A DNA stretch of 49,778 nt from Chloroflexia bacterium (GCA_038324555.1 JBBQIC010000001.1:1-49778); one strand, 5' to 3'; positions 7,243 to 15,881 are shown, counted from the first letter of the stretch. The notes: generated from the sequence alone by a model not told the origin. Translations and numbers: made by a program.

Positions 7243-9654
7243 ATGGATGAGGGCATGGAACCTGATCGCCTCGAAAATGGTCACGCGCTAAAATCAGCCC
7301 TGCCGCGCACATGGGGCGCGTTCTTTGGCCGCCACGGCAATTTCACTCCCGCCCAGCTTGCCGCTATTCCGCCGTTGCTGGCGGGCGAAAACGTGCTTCT
7401 GTGCGCTCCTACCGCCTCCGGCAAAACAGAGGCCGCGCTTGCTCCGCTAATTGAGCGCCACCTGTCGCTGTCAGGCAGGACCGAGTATACACCAGCCGAT
7501 GGACGATGGACGATGGACGATGGACGCACCCAATCTCCAGCGTCGTCAACCGTCCATCGTCCATCGTCCATCGTCCATCGTCCATCATCCCTAACGATCC
7601 TCTACCTTCTGCCCACGCGGGCGCTGATCAGCGACTTGTGCGCCCGCCTTGCCGCGCCACTGGAAAGGCTGCGCGTCTCTTTTGCGGTCAAAACGCACGA
7701 CTTCACCACCTTCGACCCCAAGCGGCCCGCCGATCTGCTGCTGACCACGCCGGAGTCGCTCGATGCGCTGCTTGCGAGTCAGGCGAAGATACTGGCGGGC
7801 GTGCGGGCGGTGGTGATAGACGAATTGCACGTTTTCGACGGCACGCCTCGTGGCGATCAACTTCGGGTTGTGCTGAACAGGCTGCGACAAGTGCGCGCCC
7901 ACGCAGCCCGCGTAGGGGACGCGACTGACGATAGCCTGCAACTCGCCGCGCTTTCAGCGACCCTCACGCAACCCGAAGCCGCCGCAACGCGCTTCCTGGC
8001 TTCGGCCAAAGTGGTGCGAGCGTCGGGCCATCGCACGATACAGGCCGAGCAGATTGCACTCGCTGTGCCGGACGACGGACGATGGACGATGGACGATAGT
8101 GAAGAATCGTCCATTGTCCATCGTCCATCGTCCATAACGACCGATGCTCTGCTCAACTACCTGAGCGATTTCCGCAAGCGCGGTTGGCGCAAGGCGCTGG
8201 CCTTCTGCAACACCCGCAGCGAAGTAGAGACCTATGCCGCAGCGGTGCGGGCAGCAGGATCGCCTTTCGGCGACGCCGTGTACGCGCACTACTCTAACCT
8301 GGCGTGGGAGAGACGGCGGGAAATCGAGCAGCAGTTCGCACAGGCGCAAGCAGCCATCTGCTTCGCCAGTAGCACGCTCGAACTGGGGATAGACATCGGC
8401 AACATTGACGTGGCTCTACTCATCGGCGCGCCGGGAAGTATCGAGGCATTCGTACAGAGGACCGGAAGGGCCGGTCGCCGTCAGCCGGTAGCGAGGGTGG
8501 CCTGCTTTTATCGCACACCCCTTGAACGTATCACCTTCGACGCGCTAATCAGGGCTGAAAGTCCAGGGTCCAAGGTTCAAGGTCCAAAGTCCAACATCAA
8601 TGGGATTGGACCTTCAATCCTGGACCCTGGACCCTGGACCGCCGGAGTTGAGCAGGCGACATCAGAGAGGGACGCAGCTACATCGTCGCACTTTCACCCA
8701 TCGGTCGCCATACAGCAGATATTCAGCTTGCTCAAGCAGAGTCCGACAGGCGCGGTACGGCTCAACCCTTTAGCCGGGTTGTTTGCCGGGATGCTCTCTG
8801 CCGACGACCTTCGGGCGATAATGGGCACGTTGCAGGCTTTGGGGTATTTACAGAGCGGGCGGGCCGGGGAATGGCGAGCGGGGGAGCAGCTCAACCAGCT
8901 TGCCGACCTCCAATCGGCTGAATACACCCCTCTCAGCCTGCACAGCAATATTCCAACGTCAGGCTCGAAACCGATCAAAATCCGGGACCGGTACAGCCAG
9001 CGCGTTGTGGCAAGTGTCGACCGGCAGTGGTTTGACCGCGACCAACTTACGTTGGAAGGGCGGCCTATGAGTATAGAGTGGTACGACGGCGAGTCGCTGT
9101 GGGTCTCTGCCCAGCGCGGTCACGACACCGAGGACGTGCCGGCACGCCTGCGCTATCTCTCGACGCGACAGATATTGAGCTACGACCTTGCACGGCGCTT
9201 CCCGCCTGTTCTTGGCCTGCCGCCCGCGACAGCGCCGTTGGTCCAGCAAGATAACGGCTTGGTATGGTTTCACTGGTTAGGGGACGTTTATGGGCGGGCG
9301 GCCCTAGACCTGGTAAAGTACACGATGCCCGCAATGGAAACACCGGAGCCTGGGCTGTGCTTACTGCTGCAAGACGTGGGTGACGCACGAGGCGGGAGCG
9401 GGCTTCGCGCCGCCATCCTGTCCTGGACGCACGAGCAGGTCGTACACTACCTCCACGACAAGTATCGCCGCTATGAACCGATGCTGGCGCTTGGAGCCTA
9501 TCACCACCTGCTGCCTGTGGAACTGCGCCGCCGGGCCGTAGTGGAGCAGTTTGACGTGCCGCGTTTCTTGCAAGCCGTAGAAAATCTCAATATTGGACAT
9601 GCTGGTGAAGCCCCCACCGAGGAGCTAGGGGATTTTATAAATGGAATAGGGTGA
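7243..9654 (+). CDS. Lhr-like DEAD/DEAH-box SF2 helicase with long C-terminal extension
   Basis: Motif I CAPTASGKTEAA (about 7405-7428), motif II DELH (7819-7830), ALSATL, and motif VI VQRTGRAGRR. Carries three in-frame hairpin-element insertions. The stop codon lies inside an agggtgagggaat element. Confidence 0.85.
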   Translation: MDEGMEPDRLENGHALKSALPRTWGAFFGRHGNFTPAQLAAIPPLLAGENVLLCAPTASGKTEAALAPLIERHLSLSGRTEYTPADGRWTMDDGRTQSPASSTVHRPSSIVHRPSSLTILYLLPTRALISDLCARLAAPLERLRVSFAVKTHDFTTFDPKRPADLLLTTPESLDALLASQAKILAGVRAVVIDELHVFDGTPRGDQLRVVLNRLRQVRAHAARVGDATDDSLQLAALSATLTQPEAAATRFLASAKVVRASGHRTIQAEQIALAVPDDGRWTMDDSEESSIVHRPSSITTDALLNYLSDFRKRGWRKALAFCNTRSEVETYAAAVRAAGSPFGDAVYAHYSNLAWERRREIEQQFAQAQAAICFASSTLELGIDIGNIDVALLIGAPGSIEAFVQRTGRAGRRQPVARVACFYRTPLERITFDALIRAESPGSKVQGPKSNINGIGPSILDPGPWTAGVEQATSERDAATSSHFHPSVAIQQIFSLLKQSPTGAVRLNPLAGLFAGMLSADDLRAIMGTLQALGYLQSGRAGEWRAGEQLNQLADLQSAEYTPLSLHSNIPTSGSKPIKIRDRYSQRVVASVDRQWFDRDQLTLEGRPMSIEWYDGESLWVSAQRGHDTEDVPARLRYLSTRQILSYDLARRFPPVLGLPPATAPLVQQDNGLVWFHWLGDVYGRAALDLVKYTMPAMETPEPGLCLLLQDVGDARGGSGLRAAILSWTHEQVVHYLHDKYRRYEPMLALGAYHHLLPVELRRRAVVEQFDVPRFLQAVENLNIGHAGEAPTEELGDFINGIG
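7498..7586. repeat. gatggac-family hairpin, in frame in the helicase
   Basis: (gatggac) x4, 24-nt loop, (cgtccat) x5. Encodes [10 protein letters not shown]...[15 protein letters not shown]. Confidence 0.9.
8071..8135. repeat. gatggac-family hairpin, in frame in the helicase
   Basis: gacgacggacgatggacgatggacgat-agtgaagaat-cgtccattgtccatcgtccatcgtccat. Confidence 0.9.
8561..8640. repeat. gtccaaa/ggtccag-family hairpin, in frame in the helicase
   Basis: gtccagggtccaaggttcaaggtccaaagtccaac...tggaccttcaatcctggaccctggaccctggacc. Confidence 0.85.
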
Positions 9655-9707
9655 GGGAATAGGGTGAGAAATAAAGACTACTCCCTCACCCTACTCCCTC
9701 ACCCTAT
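9644..9707. repeat. agggtgagggaat-family hairpin between convergent helicase and phoU (likely bidirectional terminator)
   Basis: ggaatagggtgagggaatagggtgag-aaataaagacta-ctccctcaccctactccctcaccctat. Contains the helicase TGA. Confidence 0.9.
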
Positions 9708-9718
9708 TTTATCTCTTC

Positions 9719-10384
9719 TCAATACTTGGAAGAATTGAACTCCTCCATTTTGCCGGTAATGAGGAAGGCTACGCGCTCGCAGATGTTGGTCACACGGTCT
9801 GCTATGCGCTCAAGATTATGGGCCACCCACAAGAGGTGCGTAGCTCGATTGATAGTGCCTGGATCGGCCATCATGAAGGTGAGCAGTTCTCGGTATATCT
9901 GCTCATAGAGCGCGTCTACCTGGTCGTCTTCATTGGCAATCTGGCGGGCTGCTTCTGCGTCGCGCTTCATGAAAGCGTCCATGCTTCGACGCAGCATGGA
10001 TCGGGTTAAATCGTCCATTTGCGGAATGTCAATGAGCGGCTTTAAGGGTGGCTCATCGCCCGTCATTGTGACGATTTTGGCAATGCCTTCGGCGTGATCG
10101 CCCATGCGCTCAAGGTCCGTGATGATATTGAGCACCGCCGCGATGATGCGCAAATCAGACGCAATCGGCTGCTGTGTGGCTATCAGCAGCAAGCACTCTT
10201 CTTCGATGCCGAAGCGTTGCTGGTTGATCTTGAAGTCGTCGTTGATGACCTCTTGCGCCAGCTTCTGGTCACGGCTCTTGAGGGCCTCAACCGAGCGTTG
10301 AATGGCCTTCTCGACCATACTCGCCATGACGAGCATTTCTTCCTGCACCCGTTGCAGTTCTTTGTTGAACAGTTCCCTGACCAT
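9719..10384 (-). CDS. phoU: Phosphate signalling complex protein PhoU
   Basis: Two PhoU repeats (DLERMGDHAEGIAK / NLERIADRVTNICE). AAGGAG lies upstream of the ATG. Located at the end of the pst operon. Confidence 0.9.
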   Translation of the reverse strand: MVRELFNKELQRVQEEMLVMASMVEKAIQRSVEALKSRDQKLAQEVINDDFKINQQRFGIEEECLLLIATQQPIASDLRIIAAVLNIITDLERMGDHAEGIAKIVTMTGDEPPLKPLIDIPQMDDLTRSMLRRSMDAFMKRDAEAARQIANEDDQVDALYEQIYRELLTFMMADPGTINRATHLLWVAHNLERIADRVTNICERVAFLITGKMEEFNSSKY

Positions 10385-10399
10385 CGCGTTCTCCTTAGT

Positions 10400-10468
10400 T
10401 AGGGTGAGGGAGTAGTCCTATTCCTATTCCCTCACCCTATTCCCTCACCCCACACCCCTCACCCTATC
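10400..10468. repeat. agggtgagggaat-family hairpin between pstB and phoU
   Basis: tagggtgagggagtag...attccctcaccctattccctcacccc...cctcaccctat. Supplies the last codons and the stop of pstB copy 2. Confidence 0.85.
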
Positions 10469-11280
10469 CGCCCCGTGATATACGCTTCCGTCCGAGGGTC
10501 TCTCGGCGACGTAAATATCTGGCGAGTGGCAGCTACCTCGATCAGTTCGCCCGCCCGCTCCTCGTTCATCATCAACACGCCCACCTGGTCCGAGACGCGG
10601 GCCGCTTGCTGCATATTATGGGTCACTATGACGATTGTGATACTCTCCTTCAACTCGTACATCAGATCCTCTATCTTCAAGGTGGATATGGGGTCGAGGG
10701 CCGAAGCAGGCTCGTCCATCAGCAGCACTTCGGGTTCGACCGCAAGGGCGCGGGCGATGCACAGACGCTGCTGCTGCCCGCCGGAGAGCGATGTGGAGGG
10801 CTGGTCAAGCTTATCTTTTACCTCGTCCCACAGGGCCGCTCGCCGCAACGCGGTCTCCACGTATTGTTGCAAATCTGCGGCATTGCGGATACCGACTATC
10901 GTAAGTCCGATTGCTACGTTGTCGAAGATGCTTTTTGTGACCAGCGGGTTCGGCCTCTGGAAGACCATACCGACCGCCCGCCGCACTTCCCCCACATCCG
11001 CACCCGAATAGATGTCGGTGTCACCGAGCATGACGCGACCCGTCACTCGTGCTCCGGGCGCGGTCTCGTGAATACGGTTCAAGCACCTGAGCACCGTGGA
11101 TTTGCCCGAACCCGACGGCCCTATCAACCCGGTTATCCTGTTGCACGGTACGTCCATGCTCACGCCATTCACGGCCAGGAACTTGCCGTACCAGGCGTTC
11201 AGTTCCTGTATGCTCAGGGCTATCTGCTGCCCCGAAGTGGCACGTTGAGTGCTGTCTATCGCGTGTTCCATTGTGCTCAT
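10459..11280 (-). CDS. pstB: Phosphate ABC transporter ATP-binding protein PstB (copy 2)
   Basis: [49 protein letters not shown] start at ATG 11280 (MSTMEH...) because the 80 upstream codons of the long ORF are only a translation of the gatggac repeat array. Confidence 0.9.
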   Translation of the reverse strand: MSTMEHAIDSTQRATSGQQIALSIQELNAWYGKFLAVNGVSMDVPCNRITGLIGPSGSGKSTVLRCLNRIHETAPGARVTGRVMLGDTDIYSGADVGEVRRAVGMVFQRPNPLVTKSIFDNVAIGLTIVGIRNAADLQQYVETALRRAALWDEVKDKLDQPSTSLSGGQQQRLCIARALAVEPEVLLMDEPASALDPISTLKIEDLMYELKESITIVIVTHNMQQAARVSDQVGVLMMNEERAGELIEVAATRQIFTSPRDPRTEAYITGRIG

Positions 11281-11289
11281 ATTGCTCCT

Positions 11290-11443
11290 GACGATGGACG
11301 ATGGACGATGGACGATGGACGATGGACGATGGACGATGGACGATGGACGATGGACGATGGACGATGGACGATGGACGATGGACGATGGACGATGGACGAT
11401 GGACGATGATGAACGGTCGTCCATCGTCCATCGTCCATCGTCA
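11290..11443. repeat. Expanded gatggac array (~17 units) with a short complementary arm
   Basis: A heptamer tandem runs 11291-11408. The loop is atgaacggt. The reverse arm cgtccatcgtccatcgtccatcgtc is only ~3.5 units. Confidence 0.95.
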
Positions 11444-12316
11444 TCATCCAAACCGTCCCGTAATGAAGTCCTCGGTCTCCTTCTGGGCGGGCGTGAGGAA
11501 CATCTGCATGGTAGGGCCAACCTCTTTAATGCGGCCTGCCAGGAAAAAGGCGCAGTATTCGGAGACGCGGGCCGCTTGCTGAAGGTTGTGGGTAACTATC
11601 ACTGTAGTATAGTTCTTCTTCAACTCGACTATCAGGTCCTCTATTTTGCCTGTGGAGATGGGGTCGAGGGCAGAAGCAGGCTCGTCCATCAGCAACACTT
11701 CGGGGCGCAGAGCTATAGCGCGGGCGATGCACAGGCGCTGCTGCTGCCCGCCGGAGAGCGCGAACGCCGACTTCTTGAGCTTATCCTTCACGTCGTCCCA
11801 AAGCGCGGCTTCCCGCAGGCTCTTTTCCACGCGGTCGGATATTTCGCTCCTGGCATACTTGTGGACGTGAAGAGCATAGGCTACGTTGTCGTAAATAGAC
11901 TTGGGAAATGGGTTGGCCCTCTGGAAGACCATACCTACCCTAAGGCGTAACCTGACCACATCAACGTCGCTTCCAAGCAATTCCTGGGCGTCCAGCCTTA
12001 TGCTCCCCTCGGCGCGGGCGGATGGCACAATGTCGTTCATGCGGTTGATGCAGCGCAGAAAGGTGGTCTTGCCGGAACCCGAAGGCCCGATGAGCGCCGT
12101 AACTTGCTTCTCGCGTATGTCCAGGTTGATGCCGTAAAGCGCCTGCTTCGCGCCGTAGTAAAAATCGAGGTTGCTGGCTGTCACTTTCGGTTTGGCATCA
12201 GGGTTAGCCTCAAATACAGGCCGCAACCCGGTCAGCAGAGCCGGTTTTGGTTGGTCCATTAAGCTGCTTCCTGGCCCCCTTCCGTTGGGGGCTACTGTCT
12301 TTAGGTAGTTGCCCAT
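11444..12316 (-). CDS. pstB: Phosphate ABC transporter ATP-binding protein PstB (copy 1)
   Basis: [47 protein letters not shown]. The true start may be ATG 12259 (MDQPKP, AGGAAG 7 nt upstream), giving 271 aa. Confidence 0.85.
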   Translation of the reverse strand: MGNYLKTVAPNGRGPGSSLMDQPKPALLTGLRPVFEANPDAKPKVTASNLDFYYGAKQALYGINLDIREKQVTALIGPSGSGKTTFLRCINRMNDIVPSARAEGSIRLDAQELLGSDVDVVRLRLRVGMVFQRANPFPKSIYDNVAYALHVHKYARSEISDRVEKSLREAALWDDVKDKLKKSAFALSGGQQQRLCIARAIALRPEVLLMDEPASALDPISTGKIEDLIVELKKNYTTVIVTHNLQQAARVSEYCAFFLAGRIKEVGPTMQMFLTPAQKETEDFITGRFG

Positions 12317-12363
12317 AGTTTCTCGTCCCTTATCCTTTATCCCTTATCCTATTATCTTCAGGA

Positions 12364-12416
12364 CTTACGCAAAATAAACATCGTCTATCGTCCGTCGTCT
12401 ATCGTCTCTGCGTAAG
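12364..12416. repeat. cttacgca...tgcgtaag stem enclosing atcgtct heptamer tandem
   Basis: 8-bp inverted repeats at 12364-12371 and 12409-12416 flank atcgtct atcgtcc gtcgtct atcgtct. Confidence 0.6.
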
Positions 12417-12424
12417 CCCTTAGC

Positions 12425-13330
12425 CTATTGTATCTTAATCCCCCGCCCTCTGGTGGTCAAGCGCAGCAGCAAAGCGCCCAACGTCACCCCGGCAACCAGC
12501 ACGAAGGCTGCGCCGTAGGCTTGTTGGTGCCAGACCTCGAACGGCCCCCGCGCATATTTGAGAATCCGCAGGGTCAGTTCGTCGGTGGGTTTGAGTGGGT
12601 TCGTCTGCACGAATTCGTTACCGAGGGCCGTCAGGATGAGCGGCGCGGTCTCGCCAGCCACGCGAGCTACGGCCAGCACGCCACCTGTAATGACGCCTGC
12701 TCGTGCGGCGGGGAGCACCAGGCCCAGAATCACCCTCCAACTGGGGATGCCCAACGCCAGACCGGCCTCGCGGATGCTGCCTGGGACCAGGCGCATCACG
12801 TCCTCGGAAGTGCGGGCGATTATAGGAACCATGATTATCGCCAGGGCTATCCCCCCTGCTAGGGCCGAGAAGCTGCCCATCGGCTTGACTACGGTGAAGT
12901 AGACGAACACGCCCACGATGATTGAGGGTATGCCCGCGAAGGTGTTGACGGCCAGCCTGGCCACGTTTGCGAAGACGCCCTCGCTCCTGGCAAGTTCGGA
13001 CAGATACATGCCGATCATCAGGCCCATAGGCACGCCGAAGATGGAGGCAATCCCAACTATCAGGAGTGTGCCAAGCAGCGAACTGAGTATGCCTCCTCCT
13101 GCTTCTCCGACGGCGCTTGGCTCTTTAGTGAAGAAGTCCCAGTTGAGCGCGCCGATGCCTTTGGAGAGCAAGAATATCAGGAGGTAAAGCAGCAGGCCGA
13201 GCGATAACAGCGTGGATAGGGCGGTAAACCCGTATACCAGCACGCTTGTGATGCGTCGCCTGGTCTTGTTGCGCGTGTTCTTCCCTTTGGTCTTAAGATT
13301 ATTTGTTTGTAGTGTTTGTGGCGCGCTCAT
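12425..13330 (-). CDS. pstA: Phosphate ABC transporter permease PstA
   Basis: Polytopic permease with an EAA-like loop (REAGLALGIPSWRV). Sits between pstC and pstB. Confidence 0.9.
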   Translation of the reverse strand: MSAPQTLQTNNLKTKGKNTRNKTRRRITSVLVYGFTALSTLLSLGLLLYLLIFLLSKGIGALNWDFFTKEPSAVGEAGGGILSSLLGTLLIVGIASIFGVPMGLMIGMYLSELARSEGVFANVARLAVNTFAGIPSIIVGVFVYFTVVKPMGSFSALAGGIALAIIMVPIIARTSEDVMRLVPGSIREAGLALGIPSWRVILGLVLPAARAGVITGGVLAVARVAGETAPLILTALGNEFVQTNPLKPTDELTLRILKYARGPFEVWHQQAYGAAFVLVAGVTLGALLLRLTTRGRGIKIQ

Positions 13331-13334
13331 ACGT

Positions 13335-14396
13335 CTATCTCACCCCATGCGCCCGGTTCATGCGGCGCAACATAAAATAAGCTGCTATGTTGACGAGGGC
13401 CGTGAGCACGAATAGTATCAGGCCCGCCTCGATCAGGGCCGATAGGTACAGATCGGAAGACACTTCGTTGAACTCGTTGGCGATTATGCTGGCGAGAGTG
13501 TAGCCCTGGTCAAATATAGTCTTGATGAAGCGAAACCCCCCACCGATGGTCATGGCGACAGCCATCGTTTCGCCGAGGGCGCGACCCAGAGAAAGGATAA
13601 TAGCGCCGAAGATGCCACTGCGCGCGTAGGGTATCACCGCCTGATGCAGCACTTCCCAGCGGGTAGCGCCGAGGGCCAGCATAGCTTCTCGCTGACTGTC
13701 CGGCACGAGGAGCAGCGCCTCTCTTGATAACGACACTATCAACGGCAATAACATTATGGACAGAATGAGGGACGCCGCCATGATTCCTACGCCATAGGGC
13801 GGGCCATTGAAGAACGGTATGGCTCCCAAATGCTGTTGTATCCAGGGCTGGACGGTTTGCTGGAGCCAGGGGGCCATTACCAAAAGGCCCCACAAACCGT
13901 AGACCACGCTCGGTATGTAGGCCAATAATTCGATCAGGAAAGCGACCGGCTCGCGCAACCACCTGGGCGCGAACTCCACAAGGTAGAGGGCAGTAGCCAG
14001 CCCAACCGTACCGGCCAATATCATCGCTACGCCCGCCACGATAATTGTGCCCAGGATGAAGGGAGCCGCGCCGAACTTGAAGTTCACGGGGTCCCAGGCT
14101 TCCTGAGTGAAGAATGCCAGCCCTGAATGTTGTATAGAGGGCCAGGACTGCACAACCAGCACAATGGCGATGCCGACAAGCACCGCCAGGAAAAGCCAGA
14201 CCGAGATGCGCACTGCGCTGCCGAAAACGAGGTCGCCGAAGTTACGAGAGCGCGCAGGCGATACAACAGCAGAAGCGCCCGCCGTATCTATTTGCGTGGC
14301 ACGTTCCATGCCCATCATGGGCGCGCCCTCCTGGCGGGCCTGCAACGGCTCGGTTTCCGGTTCTTCCGCGTGTTTCTGGCTCACAATGTCTTTCAT
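13335..14396 (-). CDS. pstC: Phosphate ABC transporter permease PstC
   Basis: Polytopic permease (REAMLALGATRWEV). Immediately downstream of pstS, with a 4-nt gap to pstA. Confidence 0.9.
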   Translation of the reverse strand: MKDIVSQKHAEEPETEPLQARQEGAPMMGMERATQIDTAGASAVVSPARSRNFGDLVFGSAVRISVWLFLAVLVGIAIVLVVQSWPSIQHSGLAFFTQEAWDPVNFKFGAAPFILGTIIVAGVAMILAGTVGLATALYLVEFAPRWLREPVAFLIELLAYIPSVVYGLWGLLVMAPWLQQTVQPWIQQHLGAIPFFNGPPYGVGIMAASLILSIMLLPLIVSLSREALLLVPDSQREAMLALGATRWEVLHQAVIPYARSGIFGAIILSLGRALGETMAVAMTIGGGFRFIKTIFDQGYTLASIIANEFNEVSSDLYLSALIEAGLILFVLTALVNIAAYFMLRRMNRAHGVR

Positions 14397-14415
14397 TCGC
14401 CCTTGTCCTGGTTGA

Positions 14416-14512
14416 CGTAGGGGCAGACCCCCGTGCCTGCCCTGGTGGGTTTACCACCAATATTCGGCGATATACATATGGGAGAGGGCAGGCACGGGGG
14501 CCTGCCCCTACG
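14416..14512. repeat. 28-bp-arm GC inverted repeat upstream of pstC
   Basis: cgtaggggcagacccccgtgcctgccct (14416-14443) pairs with agggcaggcacgggggcctgcccctacg (14485-14512) with few mismatches. Confidence 0.8.
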
Positions 14513-14526
14513 CCAAGTCAATTATC

Positions 14527-15771
14527 CTACGGGAAACATGGCGACGCGCCGCACATCATGCGCTTGATCTGGGCCTCATCTCGCCCCACAAGCGATTGCG
14601 GTAGGGGCGCGTAGAAGAGCGCGTCGGAGTACTGCTGCCCGTCGTGGGTAGTCCACCAGAGAAAGTATGCCAGCGCCCTACCCTTAGCGGTGTCGGCTTG
14701 CGCGGCGTAGACTAGCGCCCACACTGTACCCGCGATAGGGTAGGCGTTTGCGCTGGGCGCATCGGTAATCGAGTAGCGCAGGTCGGCGGGTATGGAACTT
14801 TTGATGATACTGTCGCCGGCCTCGGCGACATTGGCGGCTGTTGCGTCAACGAAATTGCCCGCCTTATTCTTCGCCAGGGCGTATGGCAGTTTATTATTCT
14901 TGGCATACGAAAGCTCTATGTAACCGATAGCGCCACTGGTGAGCTTGATCTGGTTGGTAACTCCTTCGTTACCCTGGGAGCCTATCCCGCCAGGCCACTG
15001 TATAGAAGTACCGCGACCCGGCCCGCTCTTCCAATCGGGACTGACCTTGCTGAGGTAGTCGGTGAAGATGTCGGTCGTTCCTGAGCCTTCCGAGCGATGC
15101 ACTACGGCGATAGGTTGGTTCGGCAGGGTCACGCCTGGGTTGAGCGCGGTTATGGCTGGATCGTTCCAATTGTTTATCTTCAAGAGGAAGATATTTGCGA
15201 TGGTCGGGCCGTCTAACTTGAGTTGGGTGGTGACGTCCTTGAGGTTGTAAGCGAGCACCACGCCGCCCATTGCCAGCGGTATATGCATGGCTTTGTCCGG
15301 CCCGCCCGCCTGGGTGAATTGCTCATCTGTGAGCGGAGCGTCGCTGGCTCCGAAGTCCACCGTCTTATCGAGGAAGTTCTTGCGCCCACCACCTGAGCCG
15401 ATTGACTGGTAGTTGACCTTCACGCCCGCATAAAGTTTGTTGTACTCCTGGCTCCACTTCGACATGAGCGGATTCACGAAGGTTGAGCCTGCCCCTGTCA
15501 GGTTGGCGCTGCCGCCTGGGTAGTTGACGTTGCTGTCGCTTACTGCGCCCTCAGTTGGTGAGGAGACGCCACCGGTCATGGCCTGGGTTGGAGTACTATT
15601 GTCGGTTGTCATCGGGGTAGCGGCGGTTTCAGTGGCAGCGCCGTTAGCTGGTGTGACCGCTGTAGTTGGAGCCTCTGCTGACGGCGTAGTCGTTGGTTGG
15701 CTACCGCTGTCACACGCGCCTAATATGAGCGCCATGAGCAGACATAGCGCAAGCGCTGAACGTAGTTTCAT
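14527..15771 (-). CDS. pstS: Phosphate-binding lipoprotein PstS (copy 2)
   Basis: ATG 15771 with GGAGG upstream. Lipoprotein signal MKLRSALALCLLMALILGAC and a Thr/Pro linker. PBP core GAGSTFVNPLMSKW...YQSIGSGGG...VHRSEGSGTT. Confidence 0.9.
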   Translation of the reverse strand: MKLRSALALCLLMALILGACDSGSQPTTTPSAEAPTTAVTPANGAATETAATPMTTDNSTPTQAMTGGVSSPTEGAVSDSNVNYPGGSANLTGAGSTFVNPLMSKWSQEYNKLYAGVKVNYQSIGSGGGRKNFLDKTVDFGASDAPLTDEQFTQAGGPDKAMHIPLAMGGVVLAYNLKDVTTQLKLDGPTIANIFLLKINNWNDPAITALNPGVTLPNQPIAVVHRSEGSGTTDIFTDYLSKVSPDWKSGPGRGTSIQWPGGIGSQGNEGVTNQIKLTSGAIGYIELSYAKNNKLPYALAKNKAGNFVDATAANVAEAGDSIIKSSIPADLRYSITDAPSANAYPIAGTVWALVYAAQADTAKGRALAYFLWWTTHDGQQYSDALFYAPLPQSLVGRDEAQIKRMMCGASPCFP

Positions 15772-15802
15772 TCTGATCCTCCATCTGTATTCCTGGAAAT
15801 CG

Positions 15803-15839
15803 CCAGGGCGGAGTCCCGCTTTCGCGGGTCCGCCCCTGG
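15803..15839 (-). terminator. GC-rich imperfect stem-loop between the two pstS genes
   Basis: ccagggcggagtcccgc-tttc-gcgggtccgcccctgg. On the minus strand it is followed by a T-containing tract. May act as an attenuator or processing site. Confidence 0.35.
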
Positions 15840-15881
15840 GAGTTTGGTATATTGAGTGCTGGGAAAGACTAATCGTAAGCT

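Noticed and set aside
1839-9654. Calling the ATPase/helicase block a canonical BREX (type 2) or Shango system
   Set aside because: No PglZ, PglX/PglW, BrxA/B/C/L or recognisable TerB domain is encoded in or next to the block. I report it only as BrxD/BrxHI-like components in a different context.
11281-11520. 80-codon N-terminal extension of pstB copy 2 (track ORF 10459-11520)
   Set aside because: The extension consists only of repeat-derived sequence and overlaps the stop of the upstream pstB. ATG 11280 gives a normal 273-aa PstB.
11021-11950. ORFs 11021-11431(-), 11249-11950(+) and 11301-11582(+), which encode (DGRWTMD)n or (SIVHRPS)n
   Set aside because: They are pure translations of the gatggac heptamer array in different frames, and they run antisense through pstB. 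They are not genes.
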